DNA of 64,000 nucleotides from positions 79,336-143,335 of the forward strand of contig CASFFZ010000012.1 of the NCBI GenBank assembly GCA_949294095.1, given 5' to 3'. The DNA is from an uncultured bacterium (lineage in GTDB: Bacteria > Elusimicrobiota > Elusimicrobia > Elusimicrobiales > Elusimicrobiaceae). A program made the position numbers and the translations under genes. The notes below the pieces were generated by a model. That model made no database searches, was not told where the DNA came from, and was given only the letters and a program-made list of their open reading frames with translations. Positions 36,726 through 45,532 of the stretch are shown here, one piece after another; position 1 is the first letter of the stretch; every line of letters starts with the position of its first letter.

Positions 36726-37451
36726 ATGAATATCAAAAAACTGATTGCATTAGTATGTTGTGCTTTTTATCCGCTTGCCCTGCAGGCCGCCCCGGGCGAT
36801 CCCATCAGCCTGGAAACGATGATTATCGACGTTCCCACCGCCGAAACGTTTGACCGCTACCAAGCCTCCTTTTTAACCCGCGCCTACGACCACGGCACCT
36901 TGATGGAAAGCATTGATTTCGGCGTTTTTCCGCGCATCAACATTGGCGTCAGCATCGCCGCGCACGAACTGGTGGGCTCTTCTAACGACGTCCGCGTGCT
37001 GGATCCGGACTTTCAGGTCAAATGGAAGGTGTACGACGGCAACCTGTACCTGCCGGCCATCGCCATCGGCTACGACGGCCGCCGCTACGGCTACGGCTAC
37101 AACGACCAACGCATCTATACCGATTCCAAGGACTATTTAGACGACCGCAAGGGCGGATACATTACGTTCTCGCGCGAAATTATCGTGCCGGGGTTAAACG
37201 CCACGGCCGGGTTGAATTTATCCGACTGGGAAGATTTGTACTGGTTTACCGGCATGTATTATACGCTGGCGGACAAAGTCAGCTTTTTGGCGGAGTGGGA
37301 TAATATCCGCAACGTGCGCGACTCCCGTTTAAACATCGGCATGCGTTTTTACCTGCATCCGTCTTTAGCCTTAGACGGCGCCGTACGGCGCATCGGCCGG
37401 GGAGACGAAAGCGAACGGATTTTGCAAATCCGCTACGTAACCAATTTCTAA
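36726..37451 (+). CDS. small outer-membrane beta-barrel protein (putative)
   Basis: 241 aa with a signal peptide ...ALQAAPGD, alternating aromatic/polar strands, and the C-terminal ...QIRYVTNF (terminal Phe OMP signature). Confidence 0.55.
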   Translation: MNIKKLIALVCCAFYPLALQAAPGDPISLETMIIDVPTAETFDRYQASFLTRAYDHGTLMESIDFGVFPRINIGVSIAAHELVGSSNDVRVLDPDFQVKWKVYDGNLYLPAIAIGYDGRRYGYGYNDQRIYTDSKDYLDDRKGGYITFSREIIVPGLNATAGLNLSDWEDLYWFTGMYYTLADKVSFLAEWDNIRNVRDSRLNIGMRFYLHPSLALDGAVRRIGRGDESERILQIRYVTNF

Positions 37452-37460
37452 GAGGTTTTT

Positions 37461-37922
37461 ATGAGCCAACCGCAATTGCAGCAACAGCCGCCGCAGTTTA
37501 AAAGACGGACGATTTTTATTAAAAAAAATCTCCAAATCCGCTATATGATGCTGATGATTATGAGCGTTTTGTGCGGACTGGCGATTATGACGTTTGAACT
37601 GACGGCCACCCTAAATGACCTGTTTGACACCTACCCCGTTTTGGTGCAGCCCATTTACGATGAATTTTTACCGATTGCCGCCGGATTTTTCTACAAAATT
37701 GCCATTTACCTGCTGTTTGTAGTCATTATCTCGGCCATTTTATCCCACAAAATGGCCGGCCCGGTATACCGCTTTGAACAAACCTGCAAAGCCATTGCCA
37801 AAGGGGATTTTTCCCAGCGCGTTCACCTGCGCAAAGGCGACCAGCTGATAGAACTGCAGGACGAATTTAACAAAATGATGGACCGCGTGGAAGCGGAAAT
37901 CCATAAGAACAAACAACCGTAA
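37461..37922 (+). CDS. 2-TM HAMP-domain protein without an output domain
   Basis: 153 aa. Two TM helices are followed by a HAMP-like segment (HKMAGPVYRFEQTCKAIAKGDFSQRVHLRKGDQLIELQDEFNKMMDRV), and the protein ends about 15 aa later. Confidence 0.65.
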   Translation: MSQPQLQQQPPQFKRRTIFIKKNLQIRYMMLMIMSVLCGLAIMTFELTATLNDLFDTYPVLVQPIYDEFLPIAAGFFYKIAIYLLFVVIISAILSHKMAGPVYRFEQTCKAIAKGDFSQRVHLRKGDQLIELQDEFNKMMDRVEAEIHKNKQP

Positions 37923-37932
37923 CGGGGGGCTC

Positions 37933-39237
37933 ATGAAAAAACTAGGAGCGTTTTTGCTGGCAGCACTTTTTTTGGCGCCGGCCGCTTTTGCACAGAAAGA
38001 GTACGGACTCAAATTTTCCAGCTTGATGAACGACAACCTGACCTTGGAAAACGCCATCCGGCTGGGGCTGGAAAACAATTCCGATTTTCTTACCGCCAAG
38101 CAAGACATCATCATTGCGGAGCAAAAAGTAAGCGAGGCCAAATTCCGCTATTTGCCGCAATTTTCCTTGCAGGGCACGGCCACTTGGTACGACCTGGACT
38201 ACCCGATGGTGCTGCCCGATTCGGTAGCCAACCGCTTTTTGCCCGGCAACGGCCTCTATGGCGACAAAGACCAGTTCTACGGCGTGGGCATTACCGCCAC
38301 GCAATACCTGTACTCCGGGGGACGCATTAACGGCACGCTTAAAATGGCCCGAGCCAATTTAAAACAGGTGCAAAGCCGGTATGAAATCGTCAAAAACCAA
38401 GTAGTGCTCAACATTAAAAAAGCCTTCGCCCAACTTCTTTACGCCCAGTACAACGTCAAACTGACGCAGGAAATTTTGGATCTGGCCGAAACCTGGTACG
38501 CCCGCCCCTCCGGCGACTTATGGACGAAAGTGCGCATCCGCGCGCTATTGGCCGATTTAAAAAGCTCCCGCAACCAAGCCTCCAGCGAGCTTAAAAAAGC
38601 CCAGCTTAACATGCTGATCCAACTGAACAAGGAGCTCAACTCCCGCATTACCATTACCGGCGACTTTGAACCCGTCAAAACCGAGTGGGATCTGCCGCAC
38701 ATGAGCCTGTGGGCCATGGAGTTCCGCCCGGAATTAAAATCCGCCATTTACGCGTTGGAAGCAGATAACATCGCCATTGATTTGGCCTTGTCCAAACGCT
38801 ACCCGGACGTAATTTTAAACGCGTCTTACGAACAGCTGGGCGTGAACGATTTAGACGACGTCAACAAACAGGTTTCGCTGGCGGTGCGCCTGCCGATTCC
38901 GTACAATTTTTCCGAACAAATCGCCGAGAAAAAAGCCAGCCAGCAAAAAAGCGCGCTGCGCCGCGCGGCCATTGAAGACAAAATCCGCGTACAGGTGGCG
39001 GAAAGCTTTGAAAATATGCTTTTCTGGCAGAATGAAGTGCTCGACCGACAGCTTGCCTACAAAGAGCTGAACGATTTAATGGAGCAGGCCGCCAAAGATA
39101 AGCCCAAAACGGGCACCGCTCCCTTGGAAGCGTTGCAAGATTATCTGAAATCGGCCCAAGGCTATTTTCAAGCCGTACGCAACAACCATATGGCAAAAGC
39201 CGATTTGGAATGGGCCATTGGCCAGGATTTGGAATGA
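37933..39237 (+). CDS. TolC/OEP-family outer-membrane channel
   Basis: 434 aa with a signal peptide and two OEP repeats (LENAIRLGLENNSDFLTAKQD...). Confidence 0.85.
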   Translation: MKKLGAFLLAALFLAPAAFAQKEYGLKFSSLMNDNLTLENAIRLGLENNSDFLTAKQDIIIAEQKVSEAKFRYLPQFSLQGTATWYDLDYPMVLPDSVANRFLPGNGLYGDKDQFYGVGITATQYLYSGGRINGTLKMARANLKQVQSRYEIVKNQVVLNIKKAFAQLLYAQYNVKLTQEILDLAETWYARPSGDLWTKVRIRALLADLKSSRNQASSELKKAQLNMLIQLNKELNSRITITGDFEPVKTEWDLPHMSLWAMEFRPELKSAIYALEADNIAIDLALSKRYPDVILNASYEQLGVNDLDDVNKQVSLAVRLPIPYNFSEQIAEKKASQQKSALRRAAIEDKIRVQVAESFENMLFWQNEVLDRQLAYKELNDLMEQAAKDKPKTGTAPLEALQDYLKSAQGYFQAVRNNHMAKADLEWAIGQDLE

Positions 39238-40196
39238 ACATACAGCTGCGCCGGATAGGGGGAATGATTTTATTGGGGTTGCTCTTCGCCTGCCCGGCGG
39301 GGGCCCTTCCCATTCAAACAGACGACGAAATCCTGCGCGATTTTATGTGGAGCCGTTTTACCTCGCTTCCCCAGCAGCAGCGCCCCAAAATCGGGCTGGC
39401 GCTCTCGGCCGGCGGCGTGCGCGGCTTTGCCCACGTGGGCGTGCTGGAAGTGCTGGACAATGCCGGCGTGCCCATTGACATGTTGGCCGGCACCTCTATG
39501 GGGTCGGTGGTGGGTTCGCTGTATGCGGCCGGCCTGCCGACGGAAAAACTCTGGGAAATCAGCGACCATATGACGTTTGACCAAATCACGCCGGACTTTA
39601 ACGTCATGGGCCTTTTCCGCTTTTTGTTCGCGCAAAAACTCCCGTCTTCGGCCAACCTCGTCAACTTTTTTCACGAACAAATAGGCGACATGCGGTTTGA
39701 AGATTTAAAAACCCCTTTTACCTGTTCCGCCATGGACATTAAAACCGGCGAACGCGTGGTGTTTAATTCCGGCCCGCTGGCCATTGCCGTGCGCGCCAGT
39801 ATGAATATCCCCGGCGTGTTTGAGCCCGTGCAGTACCGCCACCGGGCGTTGGTGGACGGAGCGGTGGTGGATTATCTGCCGGTGGAATCGGTTAAATTAA
39901 TGGGGGCGGACTACATCATCGCATCCGTTACCCCGCCGGATTTTGCCTCCACGACGCCGCAGTCGGTGGCGGCGTATTTATTGCGCGTGGGCGACGTGCG
40001 CGGCGCGGCGATGATTGAAGAATCTTCCCAAAAAGCCAATTTTGTACTGACAAACCGCGTCTTGGATACCGGCACCCTGGAACTGGATAAACTGCACAAA
40101 GCGGGCGAAGTGGGCATTAAAGAAGCCAACCGCCATTTAGGAGAATTGCAGGAAGACATCCTGCTTTTTACATTGCCTTATGTATTTAAACCGTAG
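39234..40196 (+). CDS. patatin-like phospholipase, probably lipidated/exported
   Basis: The start overlaps the TolC stop (ATGA at 39234-39237). The N-terminus MNIQLRRIGGMILLGLLFAC has a possible lipobox. Has the oxyanion GLALSAGGVRG, the nucleophile GTSMG, and a downstream DGA motif (LVDGAV). Confidence 0.85.
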   Translation: MNIQLRRIGGMILLGLLFACPAGALPIQTDDEILRDFMWSRFTSLPQQQRPKIGLALSAGGVRGFAHVGVLEVLDNAGVPIDMLAGTSMGSVVGSLYAAGLPTEKLWEISDHMTFDQITPDFNVMGLFRFLFAQKLPSSANLVNFFHEQIGDMRFEDLKTPFTCSAMDIKTGERVVFNSGPLAIAVRASMNIPGVFEPVQYRHRALVDGAVVDYLPVESVKLMGADYIIASVTPPDFASTTPQSVAAYLLRVGDVRGAAMIEESSQKANFVLTNRVLDTGTLELDKLHKAGEVGIKEANRHLGELQEDILLFTLPYVFKP

Positions 40197-41160
40197 CGTA
40201 TTTCTTTTGGTAACGGGCCTTCTTTTCTTGGGCGGCTGTTCGGCCACCCAAACGGGCTTTTTGGGCTTGGCCCCGGCGGGAGACCGCAAAGAATACGTCC
40301 AAGCGCGCGATTTGTATTCCGCCGGCAACTATCCCGAGGCCATTAGGCACCTGTCGGATTATATTTATAAAACCAAAAACGTCAAACGCCGCGAAGCGCG
40401 CGCCTACCGCCTGCTGGGGATGAGCTACGAACAGCTGGGGCAATTAAGCAAAGCGCTGGAAGTGTATTTGGAAGCGTTGGAATTTCACCCGTCCAATGTA
40501 CCGCTTTTATTGGCGGCGGCCAGCCTGTACCAGCGGACGGATTTAACCGACCGCTCTATTGAGCTTTATGAACAAGTCTTAGCGCTGGAGCCCAATAATT
40601 TGGAAGCCCTCAGCGGGCAAGGCGCCAATTACAGCAGAATGGGATTTTATTCCAAAGCCCGCTCGTTTTACGACAAGTTTTTTGAGCTGAACCCGTCGGC
40701 CGCGCCCATCTACCGCGCCCGCTACGCCGAAACTTTTCTGCGCCAGCGCAATTATAAAGACGCGTTTACTCACATTACCATGGCGCTGTCGGAAGATAAT
40801 ACCTCGGCCGATTTTTGGCTGCTCAGCGCCAAAGCGGCCCGCGGCTTAGGCCGCCCGCAAGAGGCGCTGGCCAACCTGGAGGCCGCGCTGCTGCTGGCCC
40901 CCCAACGCCGGGATTTGCTGGCCAACAAAGCCCTCTGGCTCTACGAAGCCGGCCAGTATGAGGCCTCCGCCCAAACGGCACAGCAAATTCTAAAAAAAGA
41001 ACCGCGCAATCAGCTGGCGCTGCTGATATTATCGATGGACAATTATTATCTGGGGAATAAAAAAGAAAGCCGTCGCTTAATGGAACAAACCATTAAAGAA
41101 GAACCGGATACTTTCGCCGGACGCGTAGCACAAAAACTCGTTCAACAACTTCATTTTTAA
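40180..41160 (+). CDS. TPR-repeat lipoprotein
   Basis: Lipobox in LLFLGGCSA, with at least 6 TPR-like repeats (AxxYxxxGxxxxA pattern). It overlaps the patatin gene by 17 nt. Confidence 0.8.
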   Translation: MYLNRSVFLLVTGLLFLGGCSATQTGFLGLAPAGDRKEYVQARDLYSAGNYPEAIRHLSDYIYKTKNVKRREARAYRLLGMSYEQLGQLSKALEVYLEALEFHPSNVPLLLAAASLYQRTDLTDRSIELYEQVLALEPNNLEALSGQGANYSRMGFYSKARSFYDKFFELNPSAAPIYRARYAETFLRQRNYKDAFTHITMALSEDNTSADFWLLSAKAARGLGRPQEALANLEAALLLAPQRRDLLANKALWLYEAGQYEASAQTAQQILKKEPRNQLALLILSMDNYYLGNKKESRRLMEQTIKEEPDTFAGRVAQKLVQQLHF

Positions 41161-41170
41161 CGAGCCGCCC

Positions 41171-41207
41171 AACCGCCTCGCCGATCCAAGCAAGCAAGGC
41201 GGTTTTT
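41171..41207 (+). terminator. terminator closing the envelope operon
   Basis: aaccgcct (41171-41178) pairs with aggcggtt (41197-41204), followed by TTT. The loop is long (18 nt). Confidence 0.5.
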
Positions 41208-41219
41208 GGAAACAACCTT

Positions 41220-41711
41220 TTAAGGTACAAAACACATCCCGTCGCTTAAATTGCTTTTACAAAGCGCTTTACAAAACTTCTCATCGGCAGGATTATTGTT
41301 CCCCACCTGACAATACATTCCTTTCCGCAAGGTGGTGTTTTCATCCACCGGTAAATCAGCTATAAACCAAATAACACTATATGAATAGTTACTCGATATC
41401 CGCGTAGCCATAGGGCCAAACCAACTCATCCCCAACTCAAAATTTTTGGTTCGGTAAAAGCCCTCTTGATCGGGTTGCAGCACATCTTCCCAAATCAGCG
41501 CCTGATCATCGGGGTTGATGAGATTAAACTGTTCTTTTCCCCCCAAACTATACATCGTTATGTTCTGCTCCGCCTTGCGCAAGAGAGCATATACTTCAGT
41601 CAAACGGCTTTTTTCCACGGCCAATTCGTACTTGGGCAGAGCCACTGCCGCCAAAATACCAATAATTAACACTACCACCAATAATTCTATCAACGTGAAA
41701 CCCTTTTTCAT
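41220..41711 (-). CDS. prepilin-type N-terminal cleavage/methylation domain protein (type IV pilin/pseudopilin-like)
   Basis: MKKGFTLIELLVVVLIIGILAAVALPKYE N-terminus (G/FTLIE with Glu+5). The upstream ATG at 41732 is the alternative start. The gene is visibly AT-rich. Confidence 0.8.
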   Translation of the reverse strand: MKKGFTLIELLVVVLIIGILAAVALPKYELAVEKSRLTEVYALLRKAEQNITMYSLGGKEQFNLINPDDQALIWEDVLQPDQEGFYRTKNFELGMSWFGPMATRISSNYSYSVIWFIADLPVDENTTLRKGMYCQVGNNNPADEKFCKALCKSNLSDGMCFVP

Positions 41712-41925
41712 AAAAAGCTCCTTTTTTTCCAATAAAGCCGGAGATACAATTATAATATAATAGAAAACGGATTTGAAGTCAATTCCTCCATCTATTCACC
41801 CCAAAAACCCTACCCCTGCCGGCGCAGATTGGATATTCTTTATCGCAGGCAGACGGACAGCCTTGTTTCGGAACTGACACTCTTTTACAACAATCCGTCA
41901 GCAGGTCATTCTTTTTCGGTTTGAT

Positions 41926-41964
41926 CAGAAAAAAAGAAACAGCCCCACTTTCTAACAGGGCTGT
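41926..41964 (-). terminator. terminator after the TldE-like gene
   Basis: acagccc (41939-41945) pairs with gggctgt (41958-41964). On the minus strand it is followed by TTTCTTTTTTTC. Confidence 0.55.
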
Positions 41965-41999
41965 CTCTTGAAATCTTGCGGCAGGCAACAAGCGCCGAA

Positions 42000-43652
42000 T
42001 TAAGGCTTGTTAATAAAAGGCTTTTGATCGGGTTTCTTGTCGTCGGGCATCATTTCTACTTCATCTACCAGCAGGGAAGGCGTTATCACGGAATAATTCC
42101 TTGCTTCCGCATCCGAGGAGTGATACACTTCGGAATCGGAGCCGGCGGCCAAAATATCTCGCAGAGAACGAGTCGTCCGGTCTGAAATTTGGAAACCGAA
42201 AACAGGCTCTTTATGACCGTCTTTCGTATAGATGCGTTCCGCCATATTGATTGAAAGATTCGAATCTGAAGAAGCCGGAAAATCATGCAGAATATAACAA
42301 TACTCCAAGTCTAATTCACGACAGCGCTGAAGCAGTTTCTGTTCCATTTCCGTTTCTGACAGCGGCTTAATGGGTTTTATCCATACGTTTGAAAGCGCTT
42401 CGCGGGGAAGCGTATAAGAAGACATACGGGCATGCCCGTTGCTTTGCCCACCTTTTTCCGCACTGCGTCGGGACAACGGAAGTTGCTGCAACCTTCCTTC
42501 GGATACCAACGTCAAATCCTGTGCTTTTACGCCCTCGTCATCCACCGGCATAAACCCCGCCAGCGGCAGGCCTTTATAGGTGCGCAGCGAAGGCTTGTCA
42601 TACACCTCTACCACATTGCTCATAATCCGCATGCCTTGTTTATTGCGAAAGGAACCGGCCGTCGCGTCGTTTTCGCTGGATGAAGACAAAAGCGGCTCTA
42701 TGTTGCGCAAATTGGCCACCAGCAATTCATTCAAAAAGTCCGCCGCTGCGGCCGGCATCAGCAGGACAGGCCCCAAATACGGTTCCGGCTTTTGGGCCGT
42801 ATATACGCCTTCCGCATCCGCCAATACTTGCCGGGCCGCGTCCATCAAGGCGTTTTCCTGCCAAGAATGGTCGGCCGGCAAATAAATCTTGCGCGAAATT
42901 TTTTCTTTATACCCCTCCCGGTTGCGCAGGCTGGCATCAATGGTTACAAACGAGCCGGGCATCGCATATTGGTAGAAGCCGCCGTTGCTGTTTAAATAGT
43001 ACAAATCCCGCTGGAGCAGACACAGCTGAACGGAAAAATCTTCCAGGTAGGGAACGTCTTTTCCTTGGGCGGATAATTTTTCCACCAACCGGGCCATTTG
43101 CTCGTGCGGTACGGCGGGAAAAGGCGGGATTTCCTCCGCAAACGAACCCTGCGGGGCGGAAGCAAAATCGGGCGTGGATTGGGAAATGTTTTTTTGCCGT
43201 TTGTACGCCTGTTTCTTTTCAAACCGATCTAATGCATTGACGTAGCCTCTGTCCGTCAATTCCCAAAACGCCCGGCGGATGCCCCAGTAGCTGTTGGGCA
43301 CATCGTATGCTTGTTCGGGAGAATACGGAACAGACATCCTATTTACAAACCCCATGCTGTCGCTTTTGGATGTCCCGGCCGAAAGCACCGCCCCGGCCAT
43401 TAAACTCCAATAAGGCTGCGTGTCGTTTTCCGTCAATTTGCCAAGCGAGGCGGCCGAACAAGCGTTAGACATATACCGCAGCCGATAGGCCAAATAATAC
43501 GGTTTGGGGCTGCCTTTCACGCGCAGTTGGGAAAGGGAGCGCTTCATTTCATCCTGCATGGCGCGGAAATACATATTATCCGGCACGTCCGCCGCGGCGG
43601 CCGTGCAAAACCCGCCCCAGAAGAATACGAACAGAAAGACAAATTTTTTCAT
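42000..43652 (-). CDS. exported TldE/PmbA-like protein (TldD/PmbA family, no HExxxH)
   Basis: 550 aa with the signal peptide MKKFVFLFVFFWGGFCTAAAA. It is similar in length and pattern to the upstream paralog but lacks the metal motif. It is ATGA-coupled to that gene (43649-43652). Confidence 0.7.
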   Translation of the reverse strand: MKKFVFLFVFFWGGFCTAAAADVPDNMYFRAMQDEMKRSLSQLRVKGSPKPYYLAYRLRYMSNACSAASLGKLTENDTQPYWSLMAGAVLSAGTSKSDSMGFVNRMSVPYSPEQAYDVPNSYWGIRRAFWELTDRGYVNALDRFEKKQAYKRQKNISQSTPDFASAPQGSFAEEIPPFPAVPHEQMARLVEKLSAQGKDVPYLEDFSVQLCLLQRDLYYLNSNGGFYQYAMPGSFVTIDASLRNREGYKEKISRKIYLPADHSWQENALMDAARQVLADAEGVYTAQKPEPYLGPVLLMPAAAADFLNELLVANLRNIEPLLSSSSENDATAGSFRNKQGMRIMSNVVEVYDKPSLRTYKGLPLAGFMPVDDEGVKAQDLTLVSEGRLQQLPLSRRSAEKGGQSNGHARMSSYTLPREALSNVWIKPIKPLSETEMEQKLLQRCRELDLEYCYILHDFPASSDSNLSINMAERIYTKDGHKEPVFGFQISDRTTRSLRDILAAGSDSEVYHSSDAEARNYSVITPSLLVDEVEMMPDDKKPDQKPFINKP

Positions 43653-45349
43653 TTCTTTTTCCCCTTTTTCTCGGCCGAAGGCGGCACCAGCACCGGCGGC
43701 TTTAAATTGCTCTTGCCGGTTTTTTCAATTTCCAGCGATTCCAACAGCACGCTCGGAGCAATGGCCGACACCGGCACCCAGCCCGATTCCGCCCCGCAGG
43801 TGCCGTTGAACACGGCGTAATCATCCGCCGCCGCCAACACTTTATTAAAGCTGACCAGCGGCGTACCCACCATATCCGCCCCGCGCACCAGTTCTTTGCG
43901 CCCGTCGGGATAGATGCGGTATACCAGTGTGGGCTGCAATTTAAACGCCTGTGGCGAATAGGTGCCCGTCTGCGTAAACCCGCCGGACAAGTCTTCAATA
44001 ATAAATCCGTATGGCTTGCCCTGCCGCTTGATTTCGCTTAACAGCTGTTTTTCCAGTTGTTCATACGAAACCGTCTGCCGGGCCATAACGCGCGTATTGC
44101 CCATTCGGGCCACCGGGCGGTAGCCGGTGGAACGGCGGCCGTGCCCGTTGGACACGGAAAACCCTTTAATGGGGCTGCTGTGCATGAGGAAATTTTTTAA
44201 TATCCCGTCCTGCACAATATAGACCGGCTGGGATTTGACCCCTTCATCATCGTATTCATAAAATCCGCGCAGGGGAATGCCGTTAAAATAAGCCAGGGTC
44301 GGGTCGTCCACGATCGTAAGCAAGGGCGAAACCACCGGCTGGCCCACTTTGTCGGTAAACGTTTTGCCGAAGGAGTCGTCTTTTTGGCGGTGGCCTTCCA
44401 CCCGGTGCCCCAGCACTTCGTGCACAAAAACGGCCATGGCGCGGTTTTTTAAAATGGCCGGCGCCGTCATCGGCTCGGCCTCCGGGGCGCGGCTCAGCGC
44501 CTCCAGCTCCGCAAGAGATTGTTGCAGCGCTTTCAAAAATGCCTCTTCATCGGGCAGTTCGCTTTCTTTTAATACATCGTAGCTTTGGCTGCGGTTTAAT
44601 TGCAGGCCGTCGGCCGTTTTGCCGTAAATCGTATATCCCAGCCGGGCATATGCAAAAGGCGTTTTAAGGCGGGAACCCACGGAATCTACAAAATAACGGG
44701 TGCCTTCCTGCGTACTAAAATAAAAAGCGCTGTCCAACACAAAATCTTTTCCCTGCACCTGCTCAGACGCTTTCAGCAACAACGCCCGCAGGCGTTCCCC
44801 GTCAAACGAAAGAGGCTGTTCTTCCCGGCAATAGGTTTCTTTCGGCGGGAAAACGAAATCGTCGGAATCGTCGGTGCGTTGGGAAGAATTGATACTGTCT
44901 ATTTGCACGCGGCTGAAATCTTTCTGGGCCTGCTCCGCCGCCTGTTGGGTGGCGCGCCAAACGGCGGTTTCAAACGCGCGGGGATCCCCCTGCCAATCCG
45001 GCAGCGCGGGGGCGGGGATGTAGAAATTGTCATAGTCCGACTTTAAGGTACGGGTATTGTCCATTTTCGGACTGCCGGCCCGGGCGGCAATTTGCAGCCG
45101 GCGGCTGGGGATTTCCCCCTCCCAAGACACGCCCCCTTCCGCCACTTCCAAGCTGTTTTTGGTTTCCTCCGTATAGGTATAGGAAAGGTAGTAAATAGGC
45201 GGTTTCTGTTTTTTAAACGTTTTGATGCCGCGGCGGAGCTCGGCCTCCAGCAATTGGATGGGGCGCTGGGCCTCTATGTCGCACTGCGGCTGCGCCAACA
45301 GGGCGCAGGCCGAGCAAAGAAATATCATGAGTAAAAAGAAATGTTTCAT
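43649..45349 (-). CDS. tldD: exported TldD-like metallopeptidase
   Basis: 566 aa with the signal peptide MKHFFLLMIFLCSACALLAQ. Has the HEVLGHRVEGHRQ zinc motif and a GxC motif (FNGTCGAESG) near the C-terminus. Confidence 0.75.
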   Translation of the reverse strand: MKHFFLLMIFLCSACALLAQPQCDIEAQRPIQLLEAELRRGIKTFKKQKPPIYYLSYTYTEETKNSLEVAEGGVSWEGEIPSRRLQIAARAGSPKMDNTRTLKSDYDNFYIPAPALPDWQGDPRAFETAVWRATQQAAEQAQKDFSRVQIDSINSSQRTDDSDDFVFPPKETYCREEQPLSFDGERLRALLLKASEQVQGKDFVLDSAFYFSTQEGTRYFVDSVGSRLKTPFAYARLGYTIYGKTADGLQLNRSQSYDVLKESELPDEEAFLKALQQSLAELEALSRAPEAEPMTAPAILKNRAMAVFVHEVLGHRVEGHRQKDDSFGKTFTDKVGQPVVSPLLTIVDDPTLAYFNGIPLRGFYEYDDEGVKSQPVYIVQDGILKNFLMHSSPIKGFSVSNGHGRRSTGYRPVARMGNTRVMARQTVSYEQLEKQLLSEIKRQGKPYGFIIEDLSGGFTQTGTYSPQAFKLQPTLVYRIYPDGRKELVRGADMVGTPLVSFNKVLAAADDYAVFNGTCGAESGWVPVSAIAPSVLLESLEIEKTGKSNLKPPVLVPPSAEKKGKKK

Positions 45350-45384
45350 CCGTCCTCCTTTGTGTTTATTTTATCATAAAGCGC

Positions 45385-45414
45385 TTGGGAACTAAATGCA
45401 AAAAATGGTAAGAT
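45385..45414 (+). promoter_or_regulatory. promoter of tRNA-Thr (TTGGGA-18 nt-TGgTAAGAT)
   Basis: -35-like at 45385-45390 and an extended -10 at 45406-45414. The tRNA 5' end is 16 nt downstream. Confidence 0.4.
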
Positions 45415-45429
45415 ATATTAGCTTTGAAT

Positions 45430-45502
45430 GCCGAGGTAGCTCAACTGGCAGAGCAACGGTTTTGTAAACCGTAGGTTGTGGGTTCGATTCCCATCCTCGG
45501 CT
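45430..45502 (+). tRNA. tRNA-Thr (anticodon TGT)
   Basis: I folded the 73 nt by hand. The acceptor GCCGAGG pairs with CCTCGGC, and the D stem is GCTC/GAGC. The anticodon stem ACGGT/ACCGT carries the loop TT-TGT-AA. The T arm is GTGGG-TTCGATT-CCCAT, and no CCA is encoded. Confidence 0.9.
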
Positions 45503-45508
45503 GGAATT

Positions 45509-45532
45509 TCCGCCCGCGGGCGGATTTTATTT
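45509..45532 (+). terminator. hairpin + T-run after tRNA-Thr
   Basis: Palindrome tccgcccgcgggcgga followed by TTTTATTT. Confidence 0.6.

Noticed and set aside
41779-41991. 70-aa Cys-rich minus-strand ORF between the TldE-like and pilin-like genes
   Set aside because: It contains the TldE terminator hairpin (41939-41964) within its coding frame and has no SD, so it is most likely spurious.
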